Assembly: GCA_964016885.1 (NCBI GenBank)
Contig: OZ024747.1
Location: 64,294,001 to 64,358,000, forward strand
DNA length: 64,000 nt
Reading direction: 5' to 3'
From: Eledone cirrhosa
Lineage: Eukaryota
Under the pieces are notes generated by a model that made no database searches, was not told the DNA's origin, and was given only the letters and a program-made list of their open reading frames with translations. The translations under genes and the position numbers were made by a program. This document shows, piece by piece, positions 16,305 through 31,439 of this stretch (positions are counted from its first letter, which is position 1; every line of letters starts with the position of its first letter).

Positions 16305-16636
16305 AAAGGGTAAAGACCCACTTGGGTTACAAATTAGACCAAGGAATCTCCGTCCGAGGCACAAGTCCGGGCAATTTTATTTGTTGAAAACCAGCAGTCG
16401 CTCATGCATACCAGCCTCCGCTATCCACACCAACGGCATTGTCCAAGGGAAAAGGCAATGATCAATACAGGTCGGCACCAGTGACGTCGCAACATATTTG
16501 TACAGTTGTGTAAACTGGAGCAACGTGAAATAACGTGTCTTGCTGAAGGACACAATGCATCACCCTGTCCGAGAATTGAACTTGCAACCTTCCAATTGCA
16601 AGCCCAATTCTCTAACCTCTAAGCCATACGCCTTCA
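16305..16636 (-). mobile_element. tRNA-derived SINE, same family as 6990-7310
   Basis: Shared blocks gtccaagg(g)aaa, gtgacg.cgcaac, aactggagcaacgtgaaataa. Confidence 0.75.
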
Positions 16637-18048
16637 TGCTTTGAGGTTATACTCTGCTATAATTGCATAGTCAGTGTTATAAAAATGCTATACTAAGTAT
16701 GGCATATGTTAGATGTGGAGTCACATAGATTCATACTTTCTTATTAACATAGACATTTGAAATTACAGTATTTGTCTGAAGATGTTCGCTGGCATTCAGT
16801 TTTTTCATTGATGGGGAGATACTGCAACTTCTTTTATTTTGTCCTTCATTTAATATATGATAAATGATTAATTAATATTTTGATATTTACAGAACGACAA
16901 AATATATGTTTCCCGAAAATAAAAGAAAGATTATAATTAATGATAGTTTATGATTAGGTGTATTAACTTTGTCTAATGAGTAACTTTTATATTGCGTATA
17001 TATATTTAATTGAAAAGGTATATGTGATTCATGTGATATATTTTATGTATAGTTCGTCTGCGTTTATTGAATTTAATTTCTGTTGTGTTGACTTTATATC
17101 GGAATTGTTTTATAGTTTTAATTATTAATTAGGTTCTGTGCATGTTATTGATGAGTGTATATAAAACTCTATGACTTTTCTTGTGTGGGATTGTCATGGA
17201 GTTCAAAACACTCTACTGTCGAAGAGAAACTACGAATTAGAAATAAGAACACACGTAAGGCCCCCAATAGACAACACACATATTTATGATCTTACATAAC
17301 ATTCTCGCATTCATACCTTAGCAAACGCGGCACGCAAAGACAAGCCATTTTCCTCATACCCGGAAAATATTTCATTCCTTAGTAATCGGTAAATTTACAA
17401 CTCTCCGAGATACAGAGTAGAATCCTGTACAGAAAATAGATACATATTCAGAAATACATGTGTCTTGTGTTTTCACGCTCTGATATTATCACTGCGTATA
17501 TCACACTTATATATGTTTATCATACATGCAGAAATTGTGCATGCTTACCAATGTTATGTATACCGTTATGTTAGTGCCACTAAAAAAATAATACGTGTAC
17601 GTCAAGCCGGCACTATATGTGAATGAACATCATTGCAGATGTACTATACGCAATACATATATATACACACATACATATATATACATAATCTGTAGCTTAT
17701 TTTGACCTCAGAACAGCATGAGTAAACATTTAATTTGATTTTAAAAGCCTGAAATCCTGGTGTCTAGCATTCACAATATGCTACTAAGGTAGCGAAAGTT
17801 ACGTATGTTTATTACACGTAAACATATTGAATATGCTTACATATACATCATTTATATATATATATATATATGATTACATTTACTATAGAAATTGCTTCTA
17901 CAGGACTACAACTGTTCCATCTGTATGGAATCATCAGAAAGCCATTTCTATTTTAAATTTCGTTGCTATCACTCTACTAATGGATTGCGTACCTTATTAA
18001 CTGTGCTTAGCCCCCTATTTCCCTCAAGATCTACAGATACACACACAT

Positions 18049-18094
<46 letters not shown>

Positions 18095-19277
18095 TCATTC
18101 ATATATATATACATAAATGGGGATATGTGGGCGTGTCTTATTGTGTGTGAGAGCTTGTTCAGAAAAATAGAAAATGAAGGTGAATGGAGATTTATTTTAT
18201 ATCTCTAAACCAATTAAGATAATGAAATCAAATTTAATTAGATACATTCAATGATGATGTCGATGATTATGATGTTGTTGATTGTGATGATGATCATGAT
18301 TATGATATTGCTATGACGCTGATGATGACGTCTACGTCTATCGTATATGATGGATGGTGGTAATAATGAAAGTGAATGTGCAGATGGCTATAGAAATGTT
18401 GTTGATTTTCATCACGAAAATTTAATAATTTATTAACTAGACTGATTACATCTCCCTAATTAATAAAATTTACACTTCCATTTCACAAGATAATACTGAA
18501 AAAAAAAATGAAATAGGTTAAATCTGTATCAATTTTCTCAAAATTATTTTTGACAATTATTTAGAGTTTCTGTTGAACCTAATATAATCTAAATTTTCTC
18601 ATGGGTATAAAAGTTATAACAGTTAACTACTAAATGAATGTAATAATTTAGAGAACATATATAAATATAAATATGACGGATCGTCTGTCGATTTCGACGC
18701 TGTACATTTCGGTTTCCGGTAAACTGTAAGTCAACTCGGTAAATAACGTGTAAATGATTGAATGTTAACTTATACGAATATTAATATATAAAAATTAACG
18801 TATGTATATTTCCAAGATTTAGGTCACGGGTCTGCACCTAGGAAGCTGAAAATGTGCTTAGAAAGATTAATATTCCTGATACTTTCTATAAGTATGATTA
18901 ATGTTGGTTGCTACAGCGTGTTAGTTTTTAATGCTACTTTTGTTTATTTAATGTACTCGTTATGTTTACTTTCATTACATCTGTGACCATGACATCAGTA
19001 AGAGATGTTGATGAATTGGTGTTTTTGAGTTGCTATTGTCTTTTGATTATAGACAAGTTGACGCTGATTATCTCATGATCTTTGGTCAGGTGATATTTCA
19101 TCAGCTGTAATTTACTCTGGACCGGATTGTGTAATGTTATTTTTAAAAGGTCGGTAGTGTGATATTTGAGTGGATTTCCCTACTATTTCTAGTATGTCAA
19201 GCATCTATGTAGGAGGTTTTTCATTGACAATCGTATTGCAACTGGTTTATTACGACAGCTACATTTTGATTCTACAT

Positions 19278-19455
19278 CAGGCACGTTGAACTGAGGGTCC
19301 CCCAACGATCACATGAGTCAGATATGTGCTGTTTTAGGGCCACACACGACAACTAATTGCACACATTACAACTAATTATTTATGTTTATTTTACGAATAT
19401 GAAACATGTTCGCGCTGTAAAAATCTTTGTACGAACCGCATGTCTGGCACGCCTG
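19278..19455. mobile_element. hAT (Charlie-like) MITE
   Basis: Ends caggc.../...gcctg with an 8-bp TSD ttctacat/ttctacgt (1 mismatch). Confidence 0.65.
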
Positions 19456-20074
19456 TTCTACGTGGTCTTGGTTTAAACCATTCAATTACGTCATTATGTG
19501 GGGTGATAAGAAACATTTCTTGCAAGGAAAAAACATATTTATGCTATGAAAAAAGTGTTCAGGAAGGTTATAACGGAGAACGTATTTCGGAGAAATTCCG
19601 GCATTGGTAAATCGAAGGATAGAATACCATAAAATATTATATTCTGTTCCCTCTGTGTTCAAACCCTAAAAAAGATTAACTTTGCCTTTTATCCTTTCGA
19701 TGCTCTAAATAATTATCTTAATTGGTTTTCTTTGTGGTTGAACATTTTCTCTCGGCTGGTGTGAAAGTGGGAAATGATAGATATATAAACAATTAAAATC
19801 ACTCATCATAAACAAAGTTGATGTTGTAGATCAAACGATGGTCATATCATACCCAAACCTCCAGGTTATCTGGTTTATACACGGTATAGGAAAGGTGAAT
19901 ATGACATACAAATATCATCAGCGAACTCGAATGATACAATTAACCCTTAGCATTTACATTACTTTATACATAATATTGTATTTTTACGGTAAACTCTATA
20001 CTTCCCATAATTATCTCACATAATATGGAATCTATGAGATTTTGATGTTATTTATGTTGAGAACCATACCTTAA

Positions 20075-20151
20075 CATCAATATAAGCAGTCGGTTACAGC
20101 CGGTTTGAGAATTTTGGCCGGATACAGCCGGTTTAAATGCTAAAGTGTTAA
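20075..20151. mobile_element. Right-end fragment of the piggyBac-type MITE seen at 61846
   Basis: gcagtcggttacagccggttt ... aatgctaaagtg-TTAA. Confidence 0.55.
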
Positions 20152-20214
20152 ACATTCATTGTTTTTACCCCATTGTAACACTCTATTCCTTCTTATGACA
20201 TCCCTGCTCCTACT

Positions 20215-20765
20215 CATCATCATCATCATCACCACCATCCCCTTCCACCTCCTCCTCGTCATCACCATAACAATAAATAATAGCAATACTACTATATATA
20301 CAAACACTGTATGCAGAGCTGTCTTACAAATTCAATGGTTTTTCCCTCTCCATCTCCAGCTTGCTCCTCCTATTCATCATTATCATCATGATCGTCAGCA
20401 ACATAGTAAACATCATCATCACCATCATCATCGTCACCAATCCCACCATCATCATCATCATCATCATCATCGTCATCATCGTCATCAATATCATCATCAT
20501 CAATATCATCACCATTATAATCATCGCCGTTGTCAACATCATCATCGTCATCACCATCATCGTTATCAATCTCATCATTATCACCATCCTCATCATCGTC
20601 ACCATCATTATCATCACCATCATAATCGTCAACATCATCATCATTGTCGTCATTCTTATCATCATCATCATCATCATTGTCGTCATAATCACCATCATCA
20701 TTGTCGTCATTCTTATCATCATCATCATCATCATCGTCATCATCATCATCATCATCACCATCAAC
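20215..20765. repeat. Degenerate (CAT)n trinucleotide array
   Basis: Read directly. It is the source of the poly-His, poly-Ile and poly-Met ORFs. Confidence 0.95.
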
Positions 20766-21044
20766 ACCCAGAATACAAGTAGTACCAAGATTATCTGCCT
20801 ATTTTTCACGAAAGTTTAATGTGCTTCAGAGAAGAAAAATAATTATACTCCCCCATTGATAAATCGAAATAAGATTTGTGAATGAAAAGAAATAGGAACT
20901 ATTAATTTATCTCTGGGCACGTATTTCTCTGGCGACGAAAATAGATTTAAAATGATTTTATGTGCCAAAGGGCCATAGTATCTTCTCACTTTCTCATGTG
21001 CTTTGCAGTTTTCTGTTTATCTCCACTAGCCTATCACTGTATAT

Positions 21045-21625
<581 letters not shown>

Positions 21626-22172
21626 TTGCGTGTATGTGTTTACCTGTAAGCTATCGGTTTAAATTTTGAAGTATTAAATGAGATGTTAAGCTTCCATTGG
21701 TTTTGTTATTTTGCCTAAGGACAACGCTTATCGAGATAACCACTGTTTTTATAGACAATCTAACCATGCCTATCCCGTCTGTCTTACATTGCCTTAACAA
21801 ATATCCTTCTTTTTCAAGAATAATAACGAAGAGGGGTGTACAATTTGAGATAGATTTGTCTCCTACTTCCAACTAAAACGTTGATCCAAACAATTTTATG
21901 CGTTACGAAATATACCAAGAGAACATTGACAACAACTAAACACAGAAACACACCAATGTTGAAATTCAAATCTCGCATCCTTTGTTTTGCACCGAACTAA
22001 GCGATATAAAATCTGATTGAAGACAAATGGATGCAGATTTTCCGGTAAAAATATAATGTATGTTAATTGTCGGTAAATAATTTTCGATCTCAAATTTCTC
22101 TTTGTAAATATCATGTCAAACCTTGTTTATGCATACAGACACACACAGACACTGACATGTATGTATGTGTAC

Positions 22173-22232
<60 letters not shown>

Positions 22233-22235
22233 TAT

Positions 22236-22708
<473 letters not shown>

Positions 22709-22716
22709 TATATATA

Positions 22717-22850
22717 CTGAAGTAAAAGTTAAGTGGAAATATCCAAGAGTAAGTCCATTCAATCCATGAGACGAGTTTAGTATAAATAATTAAATTAACA
22801 GTTGCTCAATTATCGTTGGGTTCTGGGCCCCAATTTCCTCAGTCTGTGAT
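22717..22850 (-). mobile_element. PLE-like 3' remnant (family C) with a degenerate HHR (22798-22847)
   Basis: Reverse complement matches 54855-54930. Minus strand reads acag.CTGAGGA aattggg...cccaac GATAA...ctgt. Confidence 0.65.
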
Positions 22851-22851
22851 C

Positions 22852-22921
<70 letters not shown>

Positions 22922-23964
22922 CAACCTAAATTGATGGGATGTCTATGAGAAAATCTCCACTCAATCAGTGACCATCTTGTGGTAAATACCACAGCAACTA
23001 TTATCAGCAACAACAAGAATGCTTCAGTGACCTACTGTGTATCACCGAAGTGTTTTATTACTAAATAATTAGTTATTATTTCATTTGCGGCATCAATATC
23101 GATTGTTATCGCTAAAGCATGGGGGCGTATTTTGGGGGATTTGCCAAATTAATTCTGCTCATCAGTTGACTGCCAGCTAAAGATTTGTATAATTTGTGTA
23201 TAAAATACTGTGTTAAATATAAGACAGACTGTTTAAAATACATCGTCACTGTGTGACTAAACTAGTTAAACTTACGTTTCTGGCTTGAATGTAGTTTTAA
23301 AACAATGTTAGATTATCGACAACTTTCACAAAGATTCCACCACCACGATATATGTACACATGCAACCATATATACATCTAACTACCTATGTATCCTTCCC
23401 TCTCTCTATAAAGATTCTATAAGGATTTATATAACAATAATAATTTTCGGAGTCTTCATTCATTCATATATGTATATAGTGTCGCAGACGAGTGCTGTTT
23501 ATGTTAGTTGTTACGTTGTAACTTTCTGAGGATAAGCAGATCCTAGTCATTCAAAGCACTTCACGTTTGTAGTTTATCCAAGGTACGTGCTGAATGACAG
23601 AAAAATATATATCATGCAATAAACAATTATATATATATTGTCTCTCTATATCAATCTCTTTAAGTTATCAACAGTGGCAACACATTTTCCGATGAGCAGC
23701 TTTAAAGTAGACTTATTATTTTCTCATATAAGTTGACATTGATTAACGAAATGGAGATGACATATTGTCGCTTATATAATTAATGTTACATTAACTAAAG
23801 TTAATCTAAAGTTAAGTGTTGATTGATACTTCATTGACTAAAAAAGGACAACAGCCAAAAAAGTGAAGAAAACCTATGTAACGAACAAAGACACCAATAC
23901 ACATATTACATCGATTTTGTTAATAATTATCGCTATCCATATTATCATCATCATTATTATCCTC

Positions 23965-24081
23965 GTTCAAATCCCGCCAAGGTTAGCTTTGACTTTCATC
24001 CTTGTGGGGTCAATAAAATAAAGTACCAGTAATGTACTGGGATAATTGCTGGCCTTATGCCCAAAATAAAAACAATTATTA
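23965..24081 (+). mobile_element. Meta-like tRNA SINE (5'-truncated)
   Basis: gttcaaatcccgcc...tttcatcctt...ggggtcaataaaataaagtaccag. Confidence 0.8.
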
Positions 24082-24197
24082 TCCTCCAACTTATAGTCAC
24101 CATTATCGTTATGATCATTACCCTCTCGATCATGCTGTTCAGTACGATGCATGTATGTATGTACGTACGTATGTAAGTATGTATCTATCTATGTATG

Positions 24198-24412
24198 TTC
24201 TTCTGGTTTTATAATTTTACAAATGTTTACCAATAGAGAGAGTCGGTTTCTAACCTAACATAGTTACACGACTCTCTCATTGGAATTTACACAACATCAA
24301 CTAGGTAGATATGAATGCATGTCTGCCTGCATGTGTGTGCAGTTATGGATGTTATTGTATGCGTGGATGTGGATGTTTTGAGTTCTATGTGTGCTTGTGC
24401 ATATATTTTGTA
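24198..24412 (-). mobile_element. R4-like LINE 3' UTR fragment
   Basis: Reverse complement of about 14720-14900, with a (TATG) tail. Confidence 0.65.
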
Positions 24413-24414
24413 TC

Positions 24415-24680
24415 TTCTAGAAGAAGGCAACTCAGGAAACATTGATAGCTGCGATATAAAACCTGCGGCTCAGTTCCGATCATGTTGATATTTTCTTCTT
24501 TTCGAGTTATAGCTACTGTCGCTCAGAGAGTGGGATTGGCTCAGTGCACAGTCTTTCCTCACTTTAAAAAATATCTTATCTCACAGGCATTGCACGATAG
24601 AATTAATTAATAATTATTAATAATGGTATATCTTGCAATGGCCATACTCGATAAGAGGGCAGCCATCATGTATGTATGTA
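24415..24680 (+). mobile_element. RTE-derived non-autonomous element
   Basis: Starts ttctagaagaaggcaactc, and ends with the RTE-type hairpin ctcgataagagggcagccatc plus (ATGT)n. Confidence 0.65.
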
Positions 24681-24713
24681 CCTACGTAGGAACATATATA
24701 TCATCGTTACGTG

Positions 24714-24831
24714 CAGAGCGGCCATAAAATCACGAAACCATTTAAAAATACAATAACTCTTTTTACAATTCATTTTTAATAAATAAAAGTGTTATATTTT
24801 TAAATGTTCTATTGACCTTTGGGTCACTCTG
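24714..24831. mobile_element. Mariner-type MITE (nearly all TIR)
   Basis: cagagcggcca...catttaaaaata / tatttttaaatg...gggtcactctg-TA. Confidence 0.55.
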
Positions 24832-25950
24832 TATACATGTGCGTATGTATCTATGTTTTTTAATAACTCGCTTATAGACCATTATTTCCTCTCGAAAATT
24901 ATAGGCTTTGGCAATATATCCAGTTATAACCTGAAGTTTACACCCGTACCACCGATGGAAAAAAGTACTTCGTCGAATTAGGCATCTAACATGTCTTAAC
25001 TGTGGATAGAAATCATCTTGTTGCAAGGTTTTCTGGTAGATTGTCAATATTATACTGCGAAGTATTTAGTAATTATGAAAAAAACATTCATGTCTTTATT
25101 GATAAAATTAAAAAGTAGAGAAAAGTCTCATGAGTATAATTGTGATATTTTCCTTAAGAAGTCTAACGTTGTATGATTTTAAAACATTGAATTAATCACG
25201 TTATTGAGGGGGAGGGTGTTTTACTTCGTTTTTGTTATTGATGTAGTAGCTAATATATGTATGAACATGCGTGTTCGTGTGGATATTTGTAAATATTGCG
25301 TATCAAATGTTTAACCTATAATTAATTTTGGATAAGTTTTATACATTGTATAATTTAATCGTAGATGAACTAAGTCTGAATAAAACATGACAATATCACG
25401 ATCGTCAGGCACCTGATCATAGATCTGTGTTAAATGGTCAGAGTGGAGGTTAATGAAAAAAACGTTGAAAGTATAACGTGTTTATATTAATTTAGAAACG
25501 TTGTGATGGAGGACTGTACGAGTTGGTAAAACCTTAGAGCAAATTTTCTCTGTGTTTTTTGTCACGTTCGTTTACGTCCCCATTTTTCTCGTCAATTTTA
25601 ATAAAGGTGGTGGATTAACTAAGTTTTTAGGACTTCGGATATATACTTAATAATGTTTGTTCTGTTTTTGTTTTATATTGTGAGTTCAAATTCTGCCGGG
25701 GTCAAATTGGCCTTTCATCCTTCCGTGATCTATGAAATACAATAATATTCAAGTAGTAGGCTGGATGAAATCGATTTTCCCTAAAATTATCCTCTAAAAT
25801 AACATTCAGAAACGTAAGCAGTGAGATTTTTAAATTATCAACTGCGATTTCGTTCTATACCACTGAGATCTGACAGATTATTATTAGATGTATGTTCAAT
25901 GCGAGTGTATGTGTGATGTCCGTTAGAAATAGCAGCCAAGAACCCTCAAA

Positions 25951-25952
<2 letters not shown>

Positions 25953-26014
<62 letters not shown>
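25953..26014. repeat. (CA)n microsatellite
   Basis: Read directly. Confidence 0.95.
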
Positions 26015-26016
<2 letters not shown>

Positions 26017-26197
26017 CAAAACGATGTCCTAGATATGCAAACATGTGTGATGGTAGATATGCAAATATGCGTTCATGGTAGGGGTGTCCTTAAAGGTTTT
26101 CTTTATCGGACATGAATGGGTTGCTAAAATAATTATTTGTTCTTGACATTCTCTTCTTCTTCATTCGAATAATGATGATGATGATGTTGACGGACAT

Positions 26198-26434
26198 ATA
26201 ATGGTTTCTTATATAGGCACAAGTCCAGCAATGTTTTTTTTTTGGGGGGGGGGGGAGTCGATTAAATCGACCCCAGTTTGTGACTGGTACTTTGTTTTAT
26301 CGACCCCGTAAGGATGAAAGACAAAGTTTACCTGAGCGGGATTTGAACTCAGATCATAAAGGGCCGTAACTCTATGTTGCAAAGCATGGCATTCGACCCT
26401 CTACTGATACTACCAATCACCAATCCACCGCCCT
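26198..26434 (-). mobile_element. Meta-like tRNA SINE, full length
   Basis: Head ggcggtggattgg, B-box gagttcaaatccc, core tttcatccttacggggtcgataa. Confidence 0.85.
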
Positions 26435-27060
26435 GTTGATAGTCAAAATAATAACTATTGTTCACCATGGTTTATCGTTCAGAGACTTACAGACCAGGTA
26501 GAAGGGAGTGCAGAGATACAAAAATTCAATCCTCTTACGACAAAGTTATATTATCCTATTTGTGAGGCTTTATATTCTAGAATACAATAACAATATTCCT
26601 ACAAATGTTTCTCTATCAAACGTATACTTTCATATATACTTGAAATGTCAATCAGGACATTTTCTGAAGCTAAGAAGTATTATCTGTTTGTGCTTCATGT
26701 TTAAACAAGTTTAGCCAACTTTGATGCAGAAATGCCCCAATCCTTTTGATGCTGATCAAATTTCCTAGTTCAGATAAACTCAAGATTACACCAACCTAAA
26801 CTACTATTCCAAATTATACCAATGATTCTGCTCAAGCTGGTAAATATCTTAGTATAAGCCCAAACGATATTTCTGTTCTATAGAATATTACAATTCATAT
26901 ATATTTACATATGTAGTAATGTGCATTTGTATTTAAGTCCTTATATTTTATCATTTTCCAATCTATCTGGTTACTTCAACCATGCAGCTAGATAACGTCC
27001 GGATAAGAGAGAATTGAGTTAAACAACTTTTCAATTCTCAGTGGTAAACATTCTAGATAT

Positions 27061-27260
27061 AATAATTGTTTCTACTTTTGGCACAAGGCCAGCAATTACC
27101 CAGTTCATTACTGGTACTTTATTTTATCGACCCCGTAAGGATGAAAGGCAAAGTTAACCTCGGCGGGATTTGAACTCAGACCATAAAGGACCGTAACTCT
27201 ATGCTGCAAAGCATGGTGTCCGACTCTCTACCGATACTGTCAATCCACCGCCAATCCACC
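27061..27260 (-). mobile_element. Meta-like tRNA SINE, full length
   Basis: Close to the family consensus seen across the window. Confidence 0.85.
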
Positions 27261-27329
27261 ATTTTAGATATAATAATGTAAGTTCTAATGTGCGAAGTCT
27301 ATGATTAATAAATGGTAATATCGTGTCTG

Positions 27330-27800
27330 CGATGTAATGGAAGCTTTGTGCATATGTTATCTGTATATAAAGAAACCGAAGGAAAGCCGTTTGAAGAGAC
27401 ATACAATAAGAAAATGAGAATTGCGAAGCAAAAGTCCCACATGATAACGTCAAGGACAACTAATGTCATAGTTAGTAACGAAATATTAGCTGAATAATGG
27501 ATATTAATAAGAATATTATAACATAGATTAGACGTCTTAGAAATATGGTTATATCGATGAATTCTGAGAATATCATAGACAGAAAAGCAACATAGGAATT
27601 AACATACACATTATCACATATTTCAGTGGCCTTGCATATAAGGGCATGTATAGGACGTTTGAGAATATTGTGGATAGAACAGAGAATCAGTAATGAAATA
27701 CAAAAATACTAAAAACTGAGAAAATCTTATTAAATAGCAAGAGAAACAGAAACAAGATATATGGGACACTAAATTAAAAATGAATGGTTTCATACTGACT
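27330..27800 (+). mobile_element. Decayed RTE LINE ORF fragment
   Basis: KMRIAKQ ... DVLEIWLYR*ILRIS*TEK resembles the RTE motif EAFEMWxYRRILRISWTEK. Confidence 0.5.
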
Positions 27801-27863
27801 CTTAATAGGAGGTAAAGAGAATGGGATAAGAGAAAGAAGAAAATCATGAATAATGTGAATAAA

Positions 27864-28084
27864 TAATTGTTTCAAGATGTGGCACAAGGCCAGCAATTTG
27901 AAGGGAAGTGGAAATTAGACTTAATCAACCCCAATGCGTTACTCGTACTTTATTTTATCGACCGCGTCAGGATGAAAAGCAAAGCTAACCTCGAAGGGAT
28001 TTGAACTTAGAAGTACAGGGCTATAGCTTAATGCTGTAGAGCATTTTGTACGACGCTCTACCGATTCTGCCAATCCACCGCCCT
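27864..28084 (-). mobile_element. Meta-like tRNA SINE
   Basis: Family motifs present. Confidence 0.8.
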
Positions 28085-28507
28085 CTATATGTATTAATAA
28101 TATCAAAGACAGAACAGTCTTAAAATAAAGCGAAAGTATATGAGGATAGCAAAAGAAAGGTGAGGTGAAAGTGTCATATTCAACTCGGTGAAGAAAAATG
28201 ATGTATCTGTTGTGTTGTATGATTATCACACGTATGTCTACATTGATGTACAAGTCTAATGATGGCGTCGTATTCATGTTATCCCGCTAAAAGAAAGTGA
28301 CTTACAACTCGGTAATATATATATATATATATTTATATATATGTATATATATAAACATACATGTATATACGCACATATATATAATCAAATATATATATAT
28401 ATATAAACATATATATATATAAACATATATATATACATTTATATACATACATATATATGCATACACACACACATATATACAGTATACATATATATATACA
28501 TATATAA

Positions 28508-28554
<47 letters not shown>

Positions 28555-28932
28555 TATACACACACATATGTGGGTGTGTGTATATATATAGAGAGAGATA
28601 GATATAGGTATATAGATAGATATATAGATAGATAGATAGATTGGTAGACAATTCGTACCAAAATTAGGAAAACAAAATTTTTATCGTTGTAGTGATCCAT
28701 TTTTTGCAGTTTTATTTTCCTTTCCTTCTTTTTATTTTTGTTATTAATTTCATTTCATTGCTTCTAAGCAATTATTATTCTATTACAAAGTTTGCTGGGA
28801 GGATATAGCTGGCAGCTAAATTTGTTAATTCATTTAATAAAAACAGTCTTACTAGCTTTCTAGCTTTCTATTACTAGGTCCCTTGATGAACAAACAGCTA
28901 ACTTGAGCATACATGCATGCATATATATATAA

Positions 28933-29042
28933 TATGGCTGGAGTTCTGCAGATTGTTGCTTTCAAGAAAGTGAGTTACTCGTGATCTCACCACCCTCTCA
29001 ATTACCTTAATGATATGGGAGGTGAGTGAGATCGGACGGTAA

Positions 29043-29046
<4 letters not shown>
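28933..29046 (-). mobile_element. LINE reverse-transcriptase N-terminal fragment (CR1/L2/Jockey group)
   Basis: [32 protein letters not shown] is the canonical YRPISL RT motif. It is isolated between (TA)n tracts. Confidence 0.85.
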
Positions 29047-29099
<53 letters not shown>

Positions 29100-29123
29100 T
29101 TGTGTATATATATATATATATAT

Positions 29124-29187
<64 letters not shown>

Positions 29188-29546
29188 TTGTGTATATATA
29201 TATATTTATATGTATATATATATATATAAATATATACATATATATATTAAGTTAAAGTGTACATCTACCTGGAGAATAGAGGAAGTGTACTTCCTTGAAA
29301 ACCCGTATGACTTTAAAACCCGGTTCGTCTGTGTGTTTACATACAGACTAGCTGGACACTCACTGCAAAGTGTCTAGTGAAAAGCTCGGTACATGTACAT
29401 ATGTATACATATGTGTATTTATATGCATACTAATACTTCCGTATACATATGTAGATGTACACTTTAACTTAATTGTTTAAGCGTCAGTCATACAAAAGTG
29501 AGTTAGAAGCGAAACGAAATTTAATTTCGTTTCGTTATTTGTTTTC

Positions 29547-29942
<396 letters not shown>

Positions 29943-29965
29943 TTTTCAATGTGGTCTACCACATT

Positions 29966-30087
29966 TGTTTCCGAAGAAGACGGTCTGATCGAACTTATAT
30001 ATGCATTCTGATAGTATACAGATATATAACTGCTATATATCAAACAATATGCCAATATGATGAACCCTTCGAAACGATCGTAAAACA
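29966..30087 (+). ncRNA. Degenerate hammerhead with a stem II of about 93 nt
   Basis: tgttt CCGAAGA [long hairpin] GAAAC gatc GTA aaaca, with a U4C core mutation. Confidence 0.55.
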
Positions 30088-30142
30088 ATTATATAAATAG
30101 GCAAAATAACTCGACTTTGTTGTTATTATCTTAAACGTTAAA

Positions 30143-30364
30143 AGGGTGGTGGATTGGCAGTATCGGTAGAGGGTCGGACACCATGCTTTACATCATAGAG
30201 TTATGGCCCTTTATGATCTGAGTTCAAATCCCGTCACGGATAATTTGCCTTTTATCCTTACGGGGTCGATAAAATAAAGTACCAGTCGCGTACTGGAGTC
30301 GATTTCGTCGACATTCCCTTCCCAAAAAATTGCTGGCCTTATGCCTATATAAGAAACCATTATT
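30143..30364 (+). mobile_element. Meta-like tRNA SINE, full length
   Basis: gggtggtggattggcagtatcggtagag ... gagttcaaatccc ... ggggtcgataaaataaagtaccag. Confidence 0.85.
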
Positions 30365-30379
30365 TTCATTGTTACATCG

Positions 30380-30419
<40 letters not shown>

Positions 30420-30710
30420 AGGACAAAAAATCAGAATATTTATTATATTATTTTCGTTTGTATAATTATACGCCCTCATAAATACATGCAAAAACATATA
30501 CCTGCACACATGTCTACGCATACACACTAATACATTTGAACACATATATGTAGAGCGGTACACCAAATTTATAGAAAATATCTTAACTCCATTCTGCGTT
30601 TATCAATTTCTATCTGGTTATTTATACCAACACACTCATACAAACACCTACACATACATAGAAACACCCACACCCACACACCCGCATATATGTATACATA
30701 TATATATGTA

Positions 30711-30747
<37 letters not shown>

Positions 30748-30798
30748 ACATATATGTATATATATGTGTGCATAGATGTACATATATATATATGTGCA

Positions 30799-30831
<33 letters not shown>

Positions 30832-30832
30832 G

Positions 30833-31439
30833 TCAGGTCACCAGTTGGTGCTACTGGTAACATGTATCCCAGTACAACCTGTCCCATGGTCGGGTCGTTG
30901 GCGACTAAACTGGCAACCCCACCAAGGTTTCTTGGTGAGGAGGGTGACTTTGGACATCCTGCAGGACTAAAAACAAAACCTGTCAAAGGGCAAAGGAGCT
31001 CTTAAGAGTCAATGGCCATCCAAAATCACCGGGAGAGATGACCCCTTAGCCTTTGTCAAGGCAGAATTCTAGGAGAAGGAAAACTCTGATATAACACCTG
31101 CAACCCTGATGGTATCCAATGATGTTGACTTGTTCTTCTTTTTGGTAAATATCATCTTGGTTAAGAGAGTGGGACTGGCTTTGTGCAGTGCCTTTGCTCA
31201 CTATAAAAGCTTCACGGCACAGGCATTGCTTTATATCTGGAGATCTCTCTGCACTTGTCATCACATGGTACCATGGGCCCAGCACTATGTGTCAATAATT
31301 GTCACAAGTGTAGTGTTTGTACCAGAGTTTTCAAGTCGCTGGCTGGACTAAAAAGTCACACTCGTTCAGCGCATCGGTAGGGGTTCTCCTACATGGATAT
31401 AAAGTAGTGGCCGTACTCGAAAACGAGTTGGCAGCCACC

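Noticed and set aside
20159-20819. His-rich 207-aa ORF and poly-Met/poly-Ile ORFs
   Set aside because: A (CAT)n array open in several frames, with no unique domain or splice support.
30143-30240. tRNA genes suggested by A/B boxes
   Set aside because: These are SINE heads. They form no complete cloverleaf and are always followed by the SINE core.
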